DNA of 64,000 nucleotides, taken from assembly GCA_036401315.1 (NCBI GenBank), contig DASWVE010000043.1, positions 37,944-101,943 on the forward strand, given 5' to 3'. Position numbers and translations under genes: made by a program. The first letter of the stretch is position 1, and each line of letters opens with the position of its first letter. Positions 16,430-26,327 of this stretch are shown here, in pieces. This DNA is from Candidatus Acidiferrales bacterium (lineage in GTDB: Bacteria; Acidobacteriota; Terriglobia; Acidiferrales; UBA7541). The notes beneath the pieces were generated by a model. The model was given only the letters and a program-made list of their open reading frames with translations. It was not told where the DNA came from and did no database searches.

Positions 16430-17410
16430 ATGAAACCAATCATCGAGAAGTTCATAAATTACCTGCGCTACGAGCGGAATTCGTCTCCGGCTACGATCGA
16501 AGATTACGGCGCGGACCTGAATCTCTTCCGCGAATTCCTCACCCCTCCCGGCGAAAAGACCCTGCCCCTGGGCGAAATCGATCATCGCGTCATCCGCGAA
16601 TTCGTCGCCTGGCTCTACGACCGGAAACTGCAGAAGCCTACGGTTGCCCGCAAGCTGGCCGCGCTGCGCACCTTTTTCAAATTCTGCGTCCGTGAAAAAT
16701 TCGTGAAGCAGAATCCCGCGCGCTTGGTCAGCACGCCCAAATTGCCCAAACGCATCCCGCGCATCCAGACCGCCGAAGAGATCAATACTTTTCTCGATGC
16801 ACTCCCCGGTGGCTCTAACGCCCGCCCGGCGCTGCCCTCCAAGACGCTTCGGAAAAAAGAACGTACGCCGGGAAAATCCGGGAGACGCACGGAGAAACTC
16901 ATCCCCCGCCGCGATCGCGCCATCTTCGAACTGTTGTACGCCTCAGGTCTACGCGTCAGCGAGCTCGTTGGCCTCAGCCTAGGCGATATGGATCGCACCG
17001 GACAGATGCTGCGCGTCCTGGGCAAAGGCCGCAAGGAACGCGTGGTCCCCTACGGCGGAAAAGCTCAAAATGCTTTCGAGGAATACTGGCCGATTCGCGC
17101 CGAAATTCTGCACGCCTCCGATCAGCCCGACGTCGAAGCCGTCTTTGTGAACTGGCGTGGCGGCCGCCTCACCGACCGCAGCATCCGCTATATCGTCACC
17201 AAATACTGCAAGCTGGCTAAGGTCGATTGGAATTTGCATCCGCACTCGCTGCGCCATGCTTTCGCCACCCACCTGCTCAGTGATGGCGCCGACCTACGCG
17301 CGATTCAGGAGCTACTCGGCCACGTTTCGCTTTCCACCACCCAGCGCTACACCCAGGCCAGCATCCAGCAGTTGATGGCCGTTTACGATAAAGCCCATCC
17401 GCACGCCTGA
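16430..17410 (+). CDS. xerC: tyrosine site-specific recombinase XerC/XerD family
   Basis: 326 aa. N-terminal core-binding domain (FINYLRYERNSSPATIEDY). Catalytic residues in ELLYASGLRVSEL..., HSLRHAFATHLL..., LGHVSLSTTQRYT. The xerC versus xerD choice rests only on the dprA-topA-xerC synteny. Confidence 0.85.
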   Translation: MKPIIEKFINYLRYERNSSPATIEDYGADLNLFREFLTPPGEKTLPLGEIDHRVIREFVAWLYDRKLQKPTVARKLAALRTFFKFCVREKFVKQNPARLVSTPKLPKRIPRIQTAEEINTFLDALPGGSNARPALPSKTLRKKERTPGKSGRRTEKLIPRRDRAIFELLYASGLRVSELVGLSLGDMDRTGQMLRVLGKGRKERVVPYGGKAQNAFEEYWPIRAEILHASDQPDVEAVFVNWRGGRLTDRSIRYIVTKYCKLAKVDWNLHPHSLRHAFATHLLSDGADLRAIQELLGHVSLSTTQRYTQASIQQLMAVYDKAHPHA

Positions 17411-17459
17411 TTTCTCAGCGCAGCGCGCGAGCGTTCGATTCATGTGGAGGTAATTTGGG

Positions 17460-17480
17460 AACCGCGGAGCAACCGCGGTT
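17460..17480. terminator. GC-rich hairpin between convergent xerC and mqnE (terminator candidate, no U-tract)
   Basis: AACCGCGG-agcaa-CCGCGGTT, a perfect 8-bp stem, located between the stops at 17410 and 17486. Confidence 0.35.
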
Positions 17481-17485
17481 GCGTG

Positions 17486-18676
17486 CTAGACGTTCAGCGT
17501 GAGTGAAGTTTCGGGGATGAAGTTCGCGGTTTGCTTGGCTTGAGGCGTCGGAAACGGATTCTTGACGCGGTCCACCGGGTTATAGCGCGTATCGCGTTCC
17601 ACCGGAACGCGGCCTGCGGCGCGGATCAAGCGTTCCAGGTCGGCGCGCGTCATGTGCTCCGGCGTCGTCGCCCCTGCGTCGTGGTAAATATTTTCTTCCA
17701 CCACTGTGCCGTCCAGATCGTTCGCGCCAAATCGCTGCGCCACCTGCGCGATGCGCGGCGTCAGCATGATCCAGTAAGCCTTGATGTGATCGAAGTTATC
17801 GAGCATCAGCCGCGACACCGCGATCGCTTTCAAGTCGTCGAAGCCCGTCGGCGGCGGAATGTGCGCCAGTGCCGTATTCGCCGGATGAAACGCCAGCGGA
17901 ATGAAGGTCACGAAGCCGCCGCTGCGATCCTGCGTCGCACGCAACTGGATCAAATGATCCACCCGCTCTTCGTTCGTCTCCAGATGCCCGTAAAGCATCG
18001 TCGCATTCGACTTCAGACCCAGTTCGTGCGCGGTGCGCGCGATTTCCAGCCAGCGCTGCCCGCTCACTTTATGGTCGCAGATCAGCTTGCGCACCCGCGG
18101 ATGAAAAATTTCCGCGCCGCCGCCGGGCAGCGAGTCCACGCCCGCTTCTTTCATGGCGATCAAAGTATCGCGAATCGAAAGCTTGCTGATCCGCGCGTAG
18201 TAGCCGACCTCGACCATGGTGAAAGCTTTCAGGTGTACCTGCGGGAAGCGTTCCTTCAGCCCGCGAATCATGTCCAGATAAAACGCGAACGGCAGGTCCG
18301 GATGCAGCCCGCCCACGATGTGGAATTCCGTCGCGCCTTCGGCCACGCCTTCTGCCGCGCGCGCGTAAATTTCTTCCAGCGAAAAAGTGTAGGCCCCCGG
18401 CGAATCCGGCGAGCGGCCAAACGCGCACAGCTTGCAGTGCGCGATGCATACGTTGGTGGGATTGATGTGCCGGTTGACGTTGTAATACGTCACGTTACCG
18501 TGTTTTTTTTCGCGCACATAATTCGCCAGCCAGCCCACGCCCAGCAAATCGTGCGTCTCGTAAAGCAGCAGACCGTCCGCCGCGTCCAGGCGTTCGCCGG
18601 CCAGCACCTTCGCGGCCACCGGTTCGAGCCTCGCGTCGCTAAAATTCACCTGTTTTTGTTCCGCAGCGGTCGTCAT
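17486..18676 (-). CDS. mqnE: radical-SAM aminodeoxyfutalosine synthase (MqnE-like)
   Basis: 396 aa. VNRHINPTNVCIAHCKLCAFGR cluster. The N-terminal KVLAGERLDAADGLLLYETHDLLGVGWLAN pattern fits my recollection of MqnE. Lies downstream of the UbiA/UbiX-like genes. Confidence 0.7.
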   Translation of the reverse strand: MTTAAEQKQVNFSDARLEPVAAKVLAGERLDAADGLLLYETHDLLGVGWLANYVREKKHGNVTYYNVNRHINPTNVCIAHCKLCAFGRSPDSPGAYTFSLEEIYARAAEGVAEGATEFHIVGGLHPDLPFAFYLDMIRGLKERFPQVHLKAFTMVEVGYYARISKLSIRDTLIAMKEAGVDSLPGGGAEIFHPRVRKLICDHKVSGQRWLEIARTAHELGLKSNATMLYGHLETNEERVDHLIQLRATQDRSGGFVTFIPLAFHPANTALAHIPPPTGFDDLKAIAVSRLMLDNFDHIKAYWIMLTPRIAQVAQRFGANDLDGTVVEENIYHDAGATTPEHMTRADLERLIRAAGRVPVERDTRYNPVDRVKNPFPTPQAKQTANFIPETSLTLNV

Positions 18677-18712
18677 TCGCCTGCCCTTAATTAGCCCTAA
18701 GTCCTGCCGAAT

Positions 18713-19591
18713 CTAACGCCGGGTCACGATTGCAGCCGCGCCCCAGAACAAAAGAAACACTAAACTAATATAGCCATTCACCGCGAAAAACGCAGCATTC
18801 ATTTTGCTCAGGTCATTCGGCTTCACCAGCGAATGTTCGTAGGCCAGCAGCGCCGCTACCAGCGCAATCCCCACCCACGCCGGCCACGGCAGCGCAAAAC
18901 TGAACGCCAGCCAAGCCAGCAGCGCGACCATCACGATGTGCATCACGCGTGCGATCACCAGCGCCCGCGCCACACCGAATTTCTTCGGAATCGAATACAG
19001 TCCCGCGGCCTTATCGAACTCCACGTCCTGGCACGCGTAGAGCACGTCGAATCCGCCGACCCACAAAGTCACCGCTGCGCACAGGATCAACATGCGCCAG
19101 TCGAGCGAGCCGCGAATCGCGATCCACGCCGCGGCCGGCGACATGCCCAGGCAGAATCCCAAAACCAGGTGCGACAGCGAAGTAAATCGTTTCGTATACG
19201 AATACAGAAACAAAACCGCCAGCGCCACCGGAGAAAGTTTCAGCGCCAGCGGATTCAGTTGCCATGCCGCCAGCGCCAGCACGGCGGCTGCGGTGATCGT
19301 AAAAATCCAGGCGAACGCAAGCGACAGCTCACCTTTAGGGAGCGCCCGACTCGCCGTGCGCGGATTGCGCCCGTCGAATTCCACGTCGGCGATGCGGTTC
19401 ATGGTCATCGCCGCCGAACGCGCGCCGACCATGGCCACCACGATCCACAGAATTTGCCGCCACGTCGGCAGCCCGCCCGCCGCGCGCGCCGCCAGCATCG
19501 CGCCGACCAAAGCAAACGGCAGCGCGAACACCGAGTGCTCGAACTTGATCATTTCGAGAATCGTCGCAACGCGATTTTTCGTGTCAGCCAT
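18713..19591 (-). CDS. UbiA-family aromatic prenyltransferase (MqnP-like, menaquinone branch)
   Basis: 292 aa and polytopic. NRIADVEFDGRNPRT and YACQDVEFDKAAG are the two Asp-rich UbiA motifs. Sits between the ubiX-like gene and mqnE. Confidence 0.85.
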   Translation of the reverse strand: MADTKNRVATILEMIKFEHSVFALPFALVGAMLAARAAGGLPTWRQILWIVVAMVGARSAAMTMNRIADVEFDGRNPRTASRALPKGELSLAFAWIFTITAAAVLALAAWQLNPLALKLSPVALAVLFLYSYTKRFTSLSHLVLGFCLGMSPAAAWIAIRGSLDWRMLILCAAVTLWVGGFDVLYACQDVEFDKAAGLYSIPKKFGVARALVIARVMHIVMVALLAWLAFSFALPWPAWVGIALVAALLAYEHSLVKPNDLSKMNAAFFAVNGYISLVFLLFWGAAAIVTRR

Positions 19592-19625
19592 TTAGCTGCG
19601 CTCGCCGCAAACCCTTACGAATTCA

Positions 19626-20279
19626 CTAGACATCGTAACCTTCGCCGGCTGCAGCCCGCTTCGTCGCTGAATTGCTCTTCCATCGGTATTGCGAATCCTG
19701 CGGCAAGCCCAGCTGCGCCGCCACCCGGCAGCAGAACTGTTCAACCAGATCGTCGATTGTTTTTGGCCCGAAGTAGAACGCCGGCATCGCCGGCATCACC
19801 ACCGCTCCGGCGTCATTCACCCGCAGCATGTTTTCCAAATGAATCCGATTCAGCGGAGTTTCCCGCAGGCACAGCACCAGCGGCCGGTGCTCCTTCAAAC
19901 ACACGTCCGCCGCGCGCGTCAGCAGATCACTCGCCGTCCCAGCCGCGATCGCGCCCATGGTCCCGGCCGAACACGGAATCACCGCCATGCCGTCCACCAG
20001 ATTGCTGCCCGAAGCGATAATCGCGCCCACGTCTTTGTTCGGCAAAAATTCGATCTTCGCCGCCGAAGTTCCGGTCAGCATCGCGGGCAGCCGCTTCGGC
20101 TCGCTCGGAACGATATTCAATTCGGTCGCCAGCAATCGCATCCCCGTTTCGCTCGAAACCAGGAATACGCGCTCCACCCGGGCATCCGCGTCCAGCATCC
20201 GCAAAAGCGTCTGCGCGTAAATCGCGCCGCTCGCGCCGGTAATGCCCACCGTTATCGTTTTTCCCGCGGAATTGGCCAT
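19626..20279 (-). CDS. ubiX: UbiX-family flavin prenyltransferase
   Basis: 217 aa. ITVGITGASGAIYA...VIPCSAGTMGAIAAG...RPLVLCLRETPL are hallmark UbiX/Pad1 motifs. Confidence 0.9.
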   Translation of the reverse strand: MANSAGKTITVGITGASGAIYAQTLLRMLDADARVERVFLVSSETGMRLLATELNIVPSEPKRLPAMLTGTSAAKIEFLPNKDVGAIIASGSNLVDGMAVIPCSAGTMGAIAAGTASDLLTRAADVCLKEHRPLVLCLRETPLNRIHLENMLRVNDAGAVVMPAMPAFYFGPKTIDDLVEQFCCRVAAQLGLPQDSQYRWKSNSATKRAAAGEGYDV

Positions 20280-20468
20280 GAATTAACCTAAATTTTAGCG
20301 CAATTGCAGGCCCCGGCAAAGCCAGCCTAGCGCTCCATTCTGTTCGTTTCTTCCGTAAAAATCGACCGTACTCGCCGCTATCCGAATGCCGCCAACCGCG
20401 TCTATGTTGCCTCAGACCCCTGAAAGTTGCAGAATATCCGCCGCCACTATTAGCTGGGAGGAATGTGC

Positions 20469-21869
20469 ATGAGCGCTCGCAGGTTCACACGCTGGAAAAT
20501 GGGAGTCATCGCCGCCATCGGATTCGCCGCGATCCTCGGATTTAACATTTCGCTGCGGGCCGCGCCCGGCGACGACGATTTGAAGTTGCCGAAACTCGAC
20601 CTGCGCGAATCGAAACTCGATAACGGCCTGCGCGTGATTCTGGTGCCCGATCACTCCGCCCCGGTTTACGCGATTGACGTGGCCTACAACGTCGGCGCCC
20701 GCAACGAACGCCCCGGACGCACCGGTTTCGCTCACCTCTTCGAGCACATGATGTTTCAAGGCTCGGAGAACGTCGGCAAAGGCGAGCATTTTATCCAGGT
20801 GTTGAATAACGGCGGCGGCATGAACGGCACTACCAACGAAGACCGCACCACTTACTTCGAAGAACTCCCCAAAAATCAGCTCGACCTCGGACTTTTTCTC
20901 GAAGCCGATCGCATGCGCGCGCTGAACATCACCCAGGCCAATCTCGATAACCAGCGCAACGCCGTGCAGGAAGAGCGCCGCCAGGGCATCGACAACCAGC
21001 CCTACGGCCGCGCCCAGCTCGACCTGGACAATCTCTCCTACGACAATTTCGCCTACAAACATTCCACCATCGGCTCGATGACCGACCTGAACGCGGCCAG
21101 CATCGACGACGTAAAGGATTTCTTCCGGATCTACTACGCGCCAAACAACGCGGTCCTCACCCTCGTCGGCGATTTCGATCCCGATGAAGCGCTAGCCAAA
21201 GTGAAAAAATACTTCGGATCAATTCCGGCGCAGCCAACTCCCGCGAGTGGCGGCTTGCTCGATGAGCCGCACTACGGCGAACGCCGCGAAGTCATTTACG
21301 ATCCGCTGGCCCGCCTGCCGGAAATTGACATGGCCTATCACATCCCTGCGGGCAATACGCCCGGCAACTATGCTGCGGACCAGCTCGCGATTATTTTGGG
21401 CCAGGGTGAAAGCTCGCGCCTCTACCAGCACCTGATCAAAGACAAGCAACTGGCCTCACAGGTGACCGTACAGGCTGACCACCGCATTGGCACCAGCCAA
21501 CTGTACATCAGTGCCAATCCGCGGCCCGGCGTGAAAGTCGAAGATCTGGAAAAAGGCATCGACGACGAAATCTCCGCGATCGTGAAAAACGGCATCACTC
21601 CCGAGGAACTGGCCAAGGCCAAACGCGAATTGCTCATCCAGTTCATCGAACGCCGCCGCTCGACTTTGCGCACCGCGGTGCTGATCGGCGATTACGCCGT
21701 GTACTTCAACGATCCCGACCTCATTAACACCATTCAGGAAAAACGCAACGCCGTCACCGTCGCCGAGGTCAATTCGGTCATCAAGACCTACCTCGTGCCC
21801 GATCAACGCACGGTCGTCATCACTTATCCGGCGGCAGATGCCAATGCCGGCTCCAAGGGGGCGCAATGA
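20469..21869 (+). CDS. M16 (pitrilysin-family) zinc peptidase, active subunit
   Basis: GFAHLFEHMMFQGS carries the inverted HxxEH zinc motif. Signal peptide present. I prefer the ATG at 20469 (GGGAGGA 6 nt upstream) over 20463. Confidence 0.88.
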   Translation: MSARRFTRWKMGVIAAIGFAAILGFNISLRAAPGDDDLKLPKLDLRESKLDNGLRVILVPDHSAPVYAIDVAYNVGARNERPGRTGFAHLFEHMMFQGSENVGKGEHFIQVLNNGGGMNGTTNEDRTTYFEELPKNQLDLGLFLEADRMRALNITQANLDNQRNAVQEERRQGIDNQPYGRAQLDLDNLSYDNFAYKHSTIGSMTDLNAASIDDVKDFFRIYYAPNNAVLTLVGDFDPDEALAKVKKYFGSIPAQPTPASGGLLDEPHYGERREVIYDPLARLPEIDMAYHIPAGNTPGNYAADQLAIILGQGESSRLYQHLIKDKQLASQVTVQADHRIGTSQLYISANPRPGVKVEDLEKGIDDEISAIVKNGITPEELAKAKRELLIQFIERRRSTLRTAVLIGDYAVYFNDPDLINTIQEKRNAVTVAEVNSVIKTYLVPDQRTVVITYPAADANAGSKGAQ

Positions 21870-23353
21870 TTTTCGGAACTTTTTTCCGTGCTCAGAAAAT
21901 CGCCAAGGCAGCCGCATTCGCTTCCGCAGTGCTGCTGCTTTCCGTCTCCGCTTTCGCGCAGGCCCAGGACAAAGGCACGTCCGTCAGCAAAGTTGAACGC
22001 CTGAATCGCGCGCCGGTCAGCAAGGAAATTCTGCGCGTCCAGCTGCCGCGTCCCACGGTGGTGAAGCTGAAGAACGGCCTCACCCTGGTCATGCTCGAAG
22101 ATCACAAGCTGCCCACCGTCGATTTCACCATGTGGATTCGCCCCGGCCAGCTGGCCGATCCGCAGGATCTGCCGGGCGTCGCTTCCTTCACCGCCGGCAT
22201 GTTGCGCGAAGGCACGGCCAAGCGGACCAGCGCGCAGATTGCCGGCGAAGTCGAATCGCTCGGCGCCACGCTCGACGCCACTTCGCGCTTCGGCGCCAGC
22301 TACACCACCGTGGACGCTTCGGGTTTGATCATTGACGCTTCGAAGATTCTCGACCTGATGAGCGACGTGGTCCTGCATCCGGCTTTTCCCGCGGACGAAC
22401 TCACCAAGTTCAAGCAAAGCGAAGGCGCCACGCTCGAACAGCGTCTGTCCAATCCTACTTTCCTCGGTCAGCAAGCTTTTAAACGCGTGGTGTACGGCGA
22501 TACGCCGATGTCGCTGGCCTCGCCCACTAAGGAATCGATCGAGAAAATTACCGCCGACAATCTGAAACAATTTCACGACGCGCACTATGTTCCGGGCAAC
22601 ACCATCCTGGGAATCACTGGGGATTTCAAAGCCGCGGAAATGCGCGCCATGATCGAGCAGTATTTTGGCGCCTGGTCGGGTGCGGCGGAACCCGCGCAGA
22701 AATTTTCCGCCACCGCGCCGTCGCCCACCAAGATCACGCTGGTCGACCGGCCGGGTTCCGTCCAGTCCGTCATCTTCGGCGGCGATCGCACGGTTCAGCG
22801 TACCGACCCCGAATATTACGGCTTGGTGGTTATGAACCAGGTCCTCGGTGGCGGCCCGCAATCGCGGCTCTTCCTCGATCTGCGCGAGGAGCACAGCCTG
22901 ACCTACGGCGCGTACAGCCGCTTCAGCGCCGACGTTTATGCCGGCGACTGGTTTGCCTTTTCTCCCGTGCGCACCGCCGTTACCGGCGAAGCGATGGATC
23001 GTTTTATCTATGAATTCAAGAAAATCAATGACGACCCCACGCCGCAGGCCGAACTTGATGACGCGCATCGCGCTCTCATCGCTAATTTCGCGCTCTCGCT
23101 GGAACAGCCGTCCCAGATCATCAACGACTGGCTCACCGTGCAATATTTCGGTTTGCCCGCCGATTATTGGGATAAGTATCCCGATCACATCGGCGCCATC
23201 GATGCCGCCGGCGTGCAAGCTTCCGCGAAAAAATATGTGGATCTGGCCCACCTGCAGTGGGTCTGCGTCGGGGATCGCAAGCAGATTCAAGATACGCTGG
23301 CAAAATATGGAACGGTCAACGTCGTGGACGTCAGCGGAAAAGCGGAGAACTAA
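21866..23353 (+). CDS. M16-family peptidase, non-catalytic partner subunit
   Basis: 495 aa, homologous in layout to the upstream gene, but the HxxEH position reads SFTAGMLREGT. ATGA overlap with the upstream gene. Confidence 0.85.
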   Translation: MIFGTFFRAQKIAKAAAFASAVLLLSVSAFAQAQDKGTSVSKVERLNRAPVSKEILRVQLPRPTVVKLKNGLTLVMLEDHKLPTVDFTMWIRPGQLADPQDLPGVASFTAGMLREGTAKRTSAQIAGEVESLGATLDATSRFGASYTTVDASGLIIDASKILDLMSDVVLHPAFPADELTKFKQSEGATLEQRLSNPTFLGQQAFKRVVYGDTPMSLASPTKESIEKITADNLKQFHDAHYVPGNTILGITGDFKAAEMRAMIEQYFGAWSGAAEPAQKFSATAPSPTKITLVDRPGSVQSVIFGGDRTVQRTDPEYYGLVVMNQVLGGGPQSRLFLDLREEHSLTYGAYSRFSADVYAGDWFAFSPVRTAVTGEAMDRFIYEFKKINDDPTPQAELDDAHRALIANFALSLEQPSQIINDWLTVQYFGLPADYWDKYPDHIGAIDAAGVQASAKKYVDLAHLQWVCVGDRKQIQDTLAKYGTVNVVDVSGKAEN

Positions 23354-23372
23354 AAAAAGCAGCAGTCGCGTG

Positions 23373-23410
23373 CTGGAGCGCTTTCCTCGCAGGGCCGGAA
23401 GGCGCTCCAG
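23373..23410. terminator. hairpin between convergent M16 and glsB-like genes
   Basis: CTGGAGCGC (23373-23381) pairs with GCGCTCCAG (23402-23410). An A-run lies upstream. The loop is long (20 nt). Confidence 0.35.
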
Positions 23411-23431
23411 AAATCTTGCGTTTAGAAACCG

Positions 23432-23671
23432 TTACTTCTTGATAGCCTTCACGATCAGCAGCAGCACGATCGCACCGACCGTCGCCATCACCAGTTGCCC
23501 CAGCAGCCCGTACGCCGCCAGTCCCAGCAAACCGAAAATCCAGCCGCCGATCAGCGATCCGATGATCCCGACCACCAAATCGATCAGAATTCCCATCCCG
23601 GAGCCTTTTACAATCTGTCCGGCCAGGAATCCAGCCAGGATTCCAATAATAATTTCCCACAGTAGGTACAT
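23432..23671 (-). CDS. GlsB/YeaQ/YmgE-family stress membrane protein
   Basis: 79 aa. IIIGILAGFLAGQIVKGSGMGILIDLVVGIIGSLIGGWIF is the family signature. Strong AGGAGGAAAG SD. Confidence 0.88.
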   Translation of the reverse strand: MYLLWEIIIGILAGFLAGQIVKGSGMGILIDLVVGIIGSLIGGWIFGLLGLAAYGLLGQLVMATVGAIVLLLIVKAIKK

Positions 23672-23744
23672 GAGCTTTCCTCCTAGATTCAGCGTGACTT
23701 GATCTGCCGCCGCAAACGGGCGTGCAACCCGTTGATTGGGGCAG

Positions 23745-23753
23745 AATGTATCA
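23745..23753 (-). promoter_or_regulatory. candidate extended -10 promoter (TGaTACATT) for the glsB-like gene
   Basis: The minus strand reads TGATACATT about 74 nt upstream of the ATG at 23671. Confidence 0.3.
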
Positions 23754-23810
23754 TGGTTTGTGCGCGTCAGGTTCCACCGGCGCGCGGCACGGCAGGGCGC
23801 TAACGCGGAA

Positions 23811-23819
23811 TGCTAGAAT
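23811..23819 (+). promoter_or_regulatory. candidate extended -10 promoter (TGcTAGAAT) for larB
   Basis: TGCTAGAAT lies 51 nt upstream of the ATG at 23871. Confidence 0.4.
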
Positions 23820-23870
23820 CCAAACCCGGTCTTGCAATTATTTTCATTCGCAACGGAGCAATCTCGAATC

Positions 23871-24623
23871 ATGAACGAAACTGAAGTACGAAAATTTCTC
23901 GAAGCCGTGAAGCGCGGCACGATCCCGGTCGATAGCGCCGTCGAAAAACTGCGTCAGCTGCCCTACGAGGATTTAGGTTTCGCCAAGATCGATCATCACC
24001 GCTCGATTCGCCAGGGCTACCCCGAAGTTATCTTCGCGCGCAAGAAGACGCCGAAGCAGGTGAAGGAAATCGTGCGCAGCATGCTGCGCGCGAAATCCTC
24101 GCACAACATTTTAATCACCCGCGCCGACCGCAAGGTTTTCGCCGCTGTCAAGCCGCTCTCACGCAGCGCGAAATTCCACGAACTCTCCGGCACCATCACC
24201 ATCGAGCGCTCCAAAACCGTGCACGGCAAAGGCCTCATCCTCGTCGTCACCGCCGGCACCAGCGATATTCCCGTTGCTGAAGAAGCTCTGGTTACTGCGC
24301 GCATGATGGGCCATCGCGCCGAAGCGATTTACGACGTCGGCGTTGCCGGCCTGCACCGCCTGCTCGAACACCGCAAGCAGCTCACCGAAGCGCGGGTGAT
24401 TGTTTGTGTCGCGGGTATGGAAGGCGCGCTGCCCAGCGTCGTCGCCGGCCTGGTGGCGGCCCCGGTAATCGCCGTGCCGACCAGCACCGGCTACGGCTCC
24501 AGCTTCGGCGGCCTTACCGCGTTGCTGGCCATGCTCAATAGTTGTTCCTCGAACGTCAGCGTGGTGAATATCGATAATGGATTCGGCGCGGGCTGCGTGG
24601 CCGGCGTGATCAATCGCCTATAG
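23871..24623 (+). CDS. larB: LarB-like nickel-pincer cofactor biosynthesis protein (PurE-fold NaAD carboxylase/hydrolase)
   Basis: Start at [35 protein letters not shown] and [16 protein letters not shown] are the AIR-carboxylase/LarB motifs. Confidence 0.8.
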   Translation: MNETEVRKFLEAVKRGTIPVDSAVEKLRQLPYEDLGFAKIDHHRSIRQGYPEVIFARKKTPKQVKEIVRSMLRAKSSHNILITRADRKVFAAVKPLSRSAKFHELSGTITIERSKTVHGKGLILVVTAGTSDIPVAEEALVTARMMGHRAEAIYDVGVAGLHRLLEHRKQLTEARVIVCVAGMEGALPSVVAGLVAAPVIAVPTSTGYGSSFGGLTALLAMLNSCSSNVSVVNIDNGFGAGCVAGVINRL

Positions 24624-24680
24624 ATCGGTGAGTCAGAAAATTTCTCAGGGAAAGAATCCAAGCAGGGTAAAAAAGAGTTT

Positions 24681-26156
24681 CTACAACAGCGCAGCCGCCA
24701 ACCGCGCAATCAGTTCCGGCTCTTCTTCAATCTGCACCGTACGCAGATCGATCAGCAATTCGCCGTCTTCAATCCGCGCGATCACCGGAATCGGCGAGAT
24801 CGATTTTCCCGGCCCCGCGGCTTGCAATTCCGGCCGCCGCAGATCTTCTTCCAGCTTTTTCGCGCTCACTCGCGGGCTGGCAATCGCAATCAACGTCGTC
24901 GGCAAGTGTTGATCCGGTGTCGAGCCGCCACCAATCACCGAAATTCCCGGCTTGATCTGAATCGCCACGTCGTTCACCAGCAGCGGCCGCAATTTCTCGC
25001 AAAGCTGCTCCGCGCGCTTGGCGATTTCTTCCGCCGGCAGGCGAATCATGCGCAGCGTCGGAATTTCGTCGAGCGCCCCGCGCAGATAAGCTTTTAGTGT
25101 CGATTCCAACGCCGCGATATTCAGCTTGTCGATCCGCAGCGCCCGGAACAACGGATTCTTCCGGATGCGCTCCACGATTTCTTTTTTCCCAGCAATGATC
25201 CCGGCCTGCGGCCCGCCCAGCATCTTGTCTCCGCTGAAGGTCAGCACCGCAACGCCCGCCTTGCCGCTGGTCCGCACCACCGGCTCCGAAATTCCCGCCG
25301 ACGTCAGATCCGCCAGGCACCCCGATCCCAAATCTTCATACACCGGCAGCTTCACACGTTCGCCCAACGCCACCAATTCTTCCAGCGACGGCCGGTCGGT
25401 GAATCCGCTGATTCGAAAATTCGAAGGATGCACGCGGAGGAGCAATTTGGTCCGGTCCGTGATCGCGTTTTCGTAGTCGGCCAAGCTGGTGCGGTTGGTC
25501 GTGCCCACTTCCCGCAGAATCGCGCCGCTTTCCGCCATGATGTCCGGAATGCGGAACCCGTCCCCAATTTCAATTAGCTCGCCGCGCGAAACGATGACTT
25601 CATCGCCCTTGGCCAGCGCATGCAGCACTAAAAAAACCGCCGCGGCGTTGTTGTTCACCACGATCGCCGCTTCGGTTCCGCACAGCTCGGCAAACAGCCG
25701 CGAAGTATGCACATCGCGCTTGCCGCGCACACCGCGCGCCAGATCGTATTCCAGATTGTTGTACAACGGTGCGGTCGCCACGATCCGCGCCACCGACTGG
25801 CGCGAGAGCGGCGCGCGCCCCAGATTCGTGTGCAGCACCACGCCGGTCGCGTTGATCACCCGCCGCAACGAAGGCGCCAGAAAATTCTCCACTTCGGCAA
25901 TGATCCGCGCTTCCAGACTCGAATCCGCCGCCAGATCTACGCCGGAAGTCCCTCGTTCGCCGGTCGGCGCGGTAATCTGCCGGCGCGTCTCGGCCAGCAC
26001 GCTCCGGATCGTCTCGGTCACCACCGGCCGCCCAGCCTTGGGAATCAGCGCCGCGATCTTCTCGTGCCCGAGCAGCGCATCCACGGAGGGCAGTGCGCGC
26101 AGCGCTACTTCCACCTCGGAATTCGTTTGTGACGCGGAATGGGACGATGGATTCAT
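24681..26156 (-). CDS. selA: L-seryl-tRNA(Sec) selenium transferase
   Basis: LRALPSVDALL N-terminus. PLP-lysine motif FSGDKMLGGPQAGIIAGKK. I prefer the start at MNPSSH (26156); the track ORF begins at 26195. Confidence 0.92.
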   Translation of the reverse strand: MNPSSHSASQTNSEVEVALRALPSVDALLGHEKIAALIPKAGRPVVTETIRSVLAETRRQITAPTGERGTSGVDLAADSSLEARIIAEVENFLAPSLRRVINATGVVLHTNLGRAPLSRQSVARIVATAPLYNNLEYDLARGVRGKRDVHTSRLFAELCGTEAAIVVNNNAAAVFLVLHALAKGDEVIVSRGELIEIGDGFRIPDIMAESGAILREVGTTNRTSLADYENAITDRTKLLLRVHPSNFRISGFTDRPSLEELVALGERVKLPVYEDLGSGCLADLTSAGISEPVVRTSGKAGVAVLTFSGDKMLGGPQAGIIAGKKEIVERIRKNPLFRALRIDKLNIAALESTLKAYLRGALDEIPTLRMIRLPAEEIAKRAEQLCEKLRPLLVNDVAIQIKPGISVIGGGSTPDQHLPTTLIAIASPRVSAKKLEEDLRRPELQAAGPGKSISPIPVIARIEDGELLIDLRTVQIEEEPELIARLAAALL

Positions 26157-26249
26157 CGCTCCACCATTGGAACACAGCGCGATTCCGGCTGGCAATCCGC
26201 CCTGGCCTTCCGGTCATTTCCCTTTGCGACATCCCTTTTTTCAGGCGCG

Positions 26250-26278
26250 TTGACCTTCGCTCTGCGGCCACTTACGCT
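26250..26278 (+). promoter_or_regulatory. candidate sigma-70 promoter (TTGACC-17-TACGCT)
   Basis: The hexamers have a 17-nt spacer and lie 50 nt upstream of the ATG at 26328. Confidence 0.3.
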
Positions 26279-26327
26279 GAAGTTTCAGGGCCTCCCGGAC
26301 GTTTGCCCGGGTCACCAATCACCCACT

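Noticed and set aside
13586-16585. 999-aa minus-strand ORF, the longest in the window
   Set aside because: It lies exactly antisense to topA, whose identity is unambiguous. Its translation is Arg/Ala/Gly/Phe-rich low-complexity sequence with no recognisable motif. It is a classic high-GC shadow ORF.
16430-17410. Tyrosine recombinase as a marker of an integrated mobile element
   Set aside because: It has a housekeeping Xer-type sequence in the conserved dprA-topA-xerC synteny. No flanking tRNA, direct repeats, phage or transposon genes are present, and there is no compositional shift.
17531-18694. 387-aa plus-strand ORF
   Set aside because: It is antisense to mqnE, a clear radical-SAM protein, and has shadow-ORF composition.
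21824-23290. 488-aa minus-strand ORF
   Set aside because: It is antisense to the second M16 peptidase gene and has no motifs.
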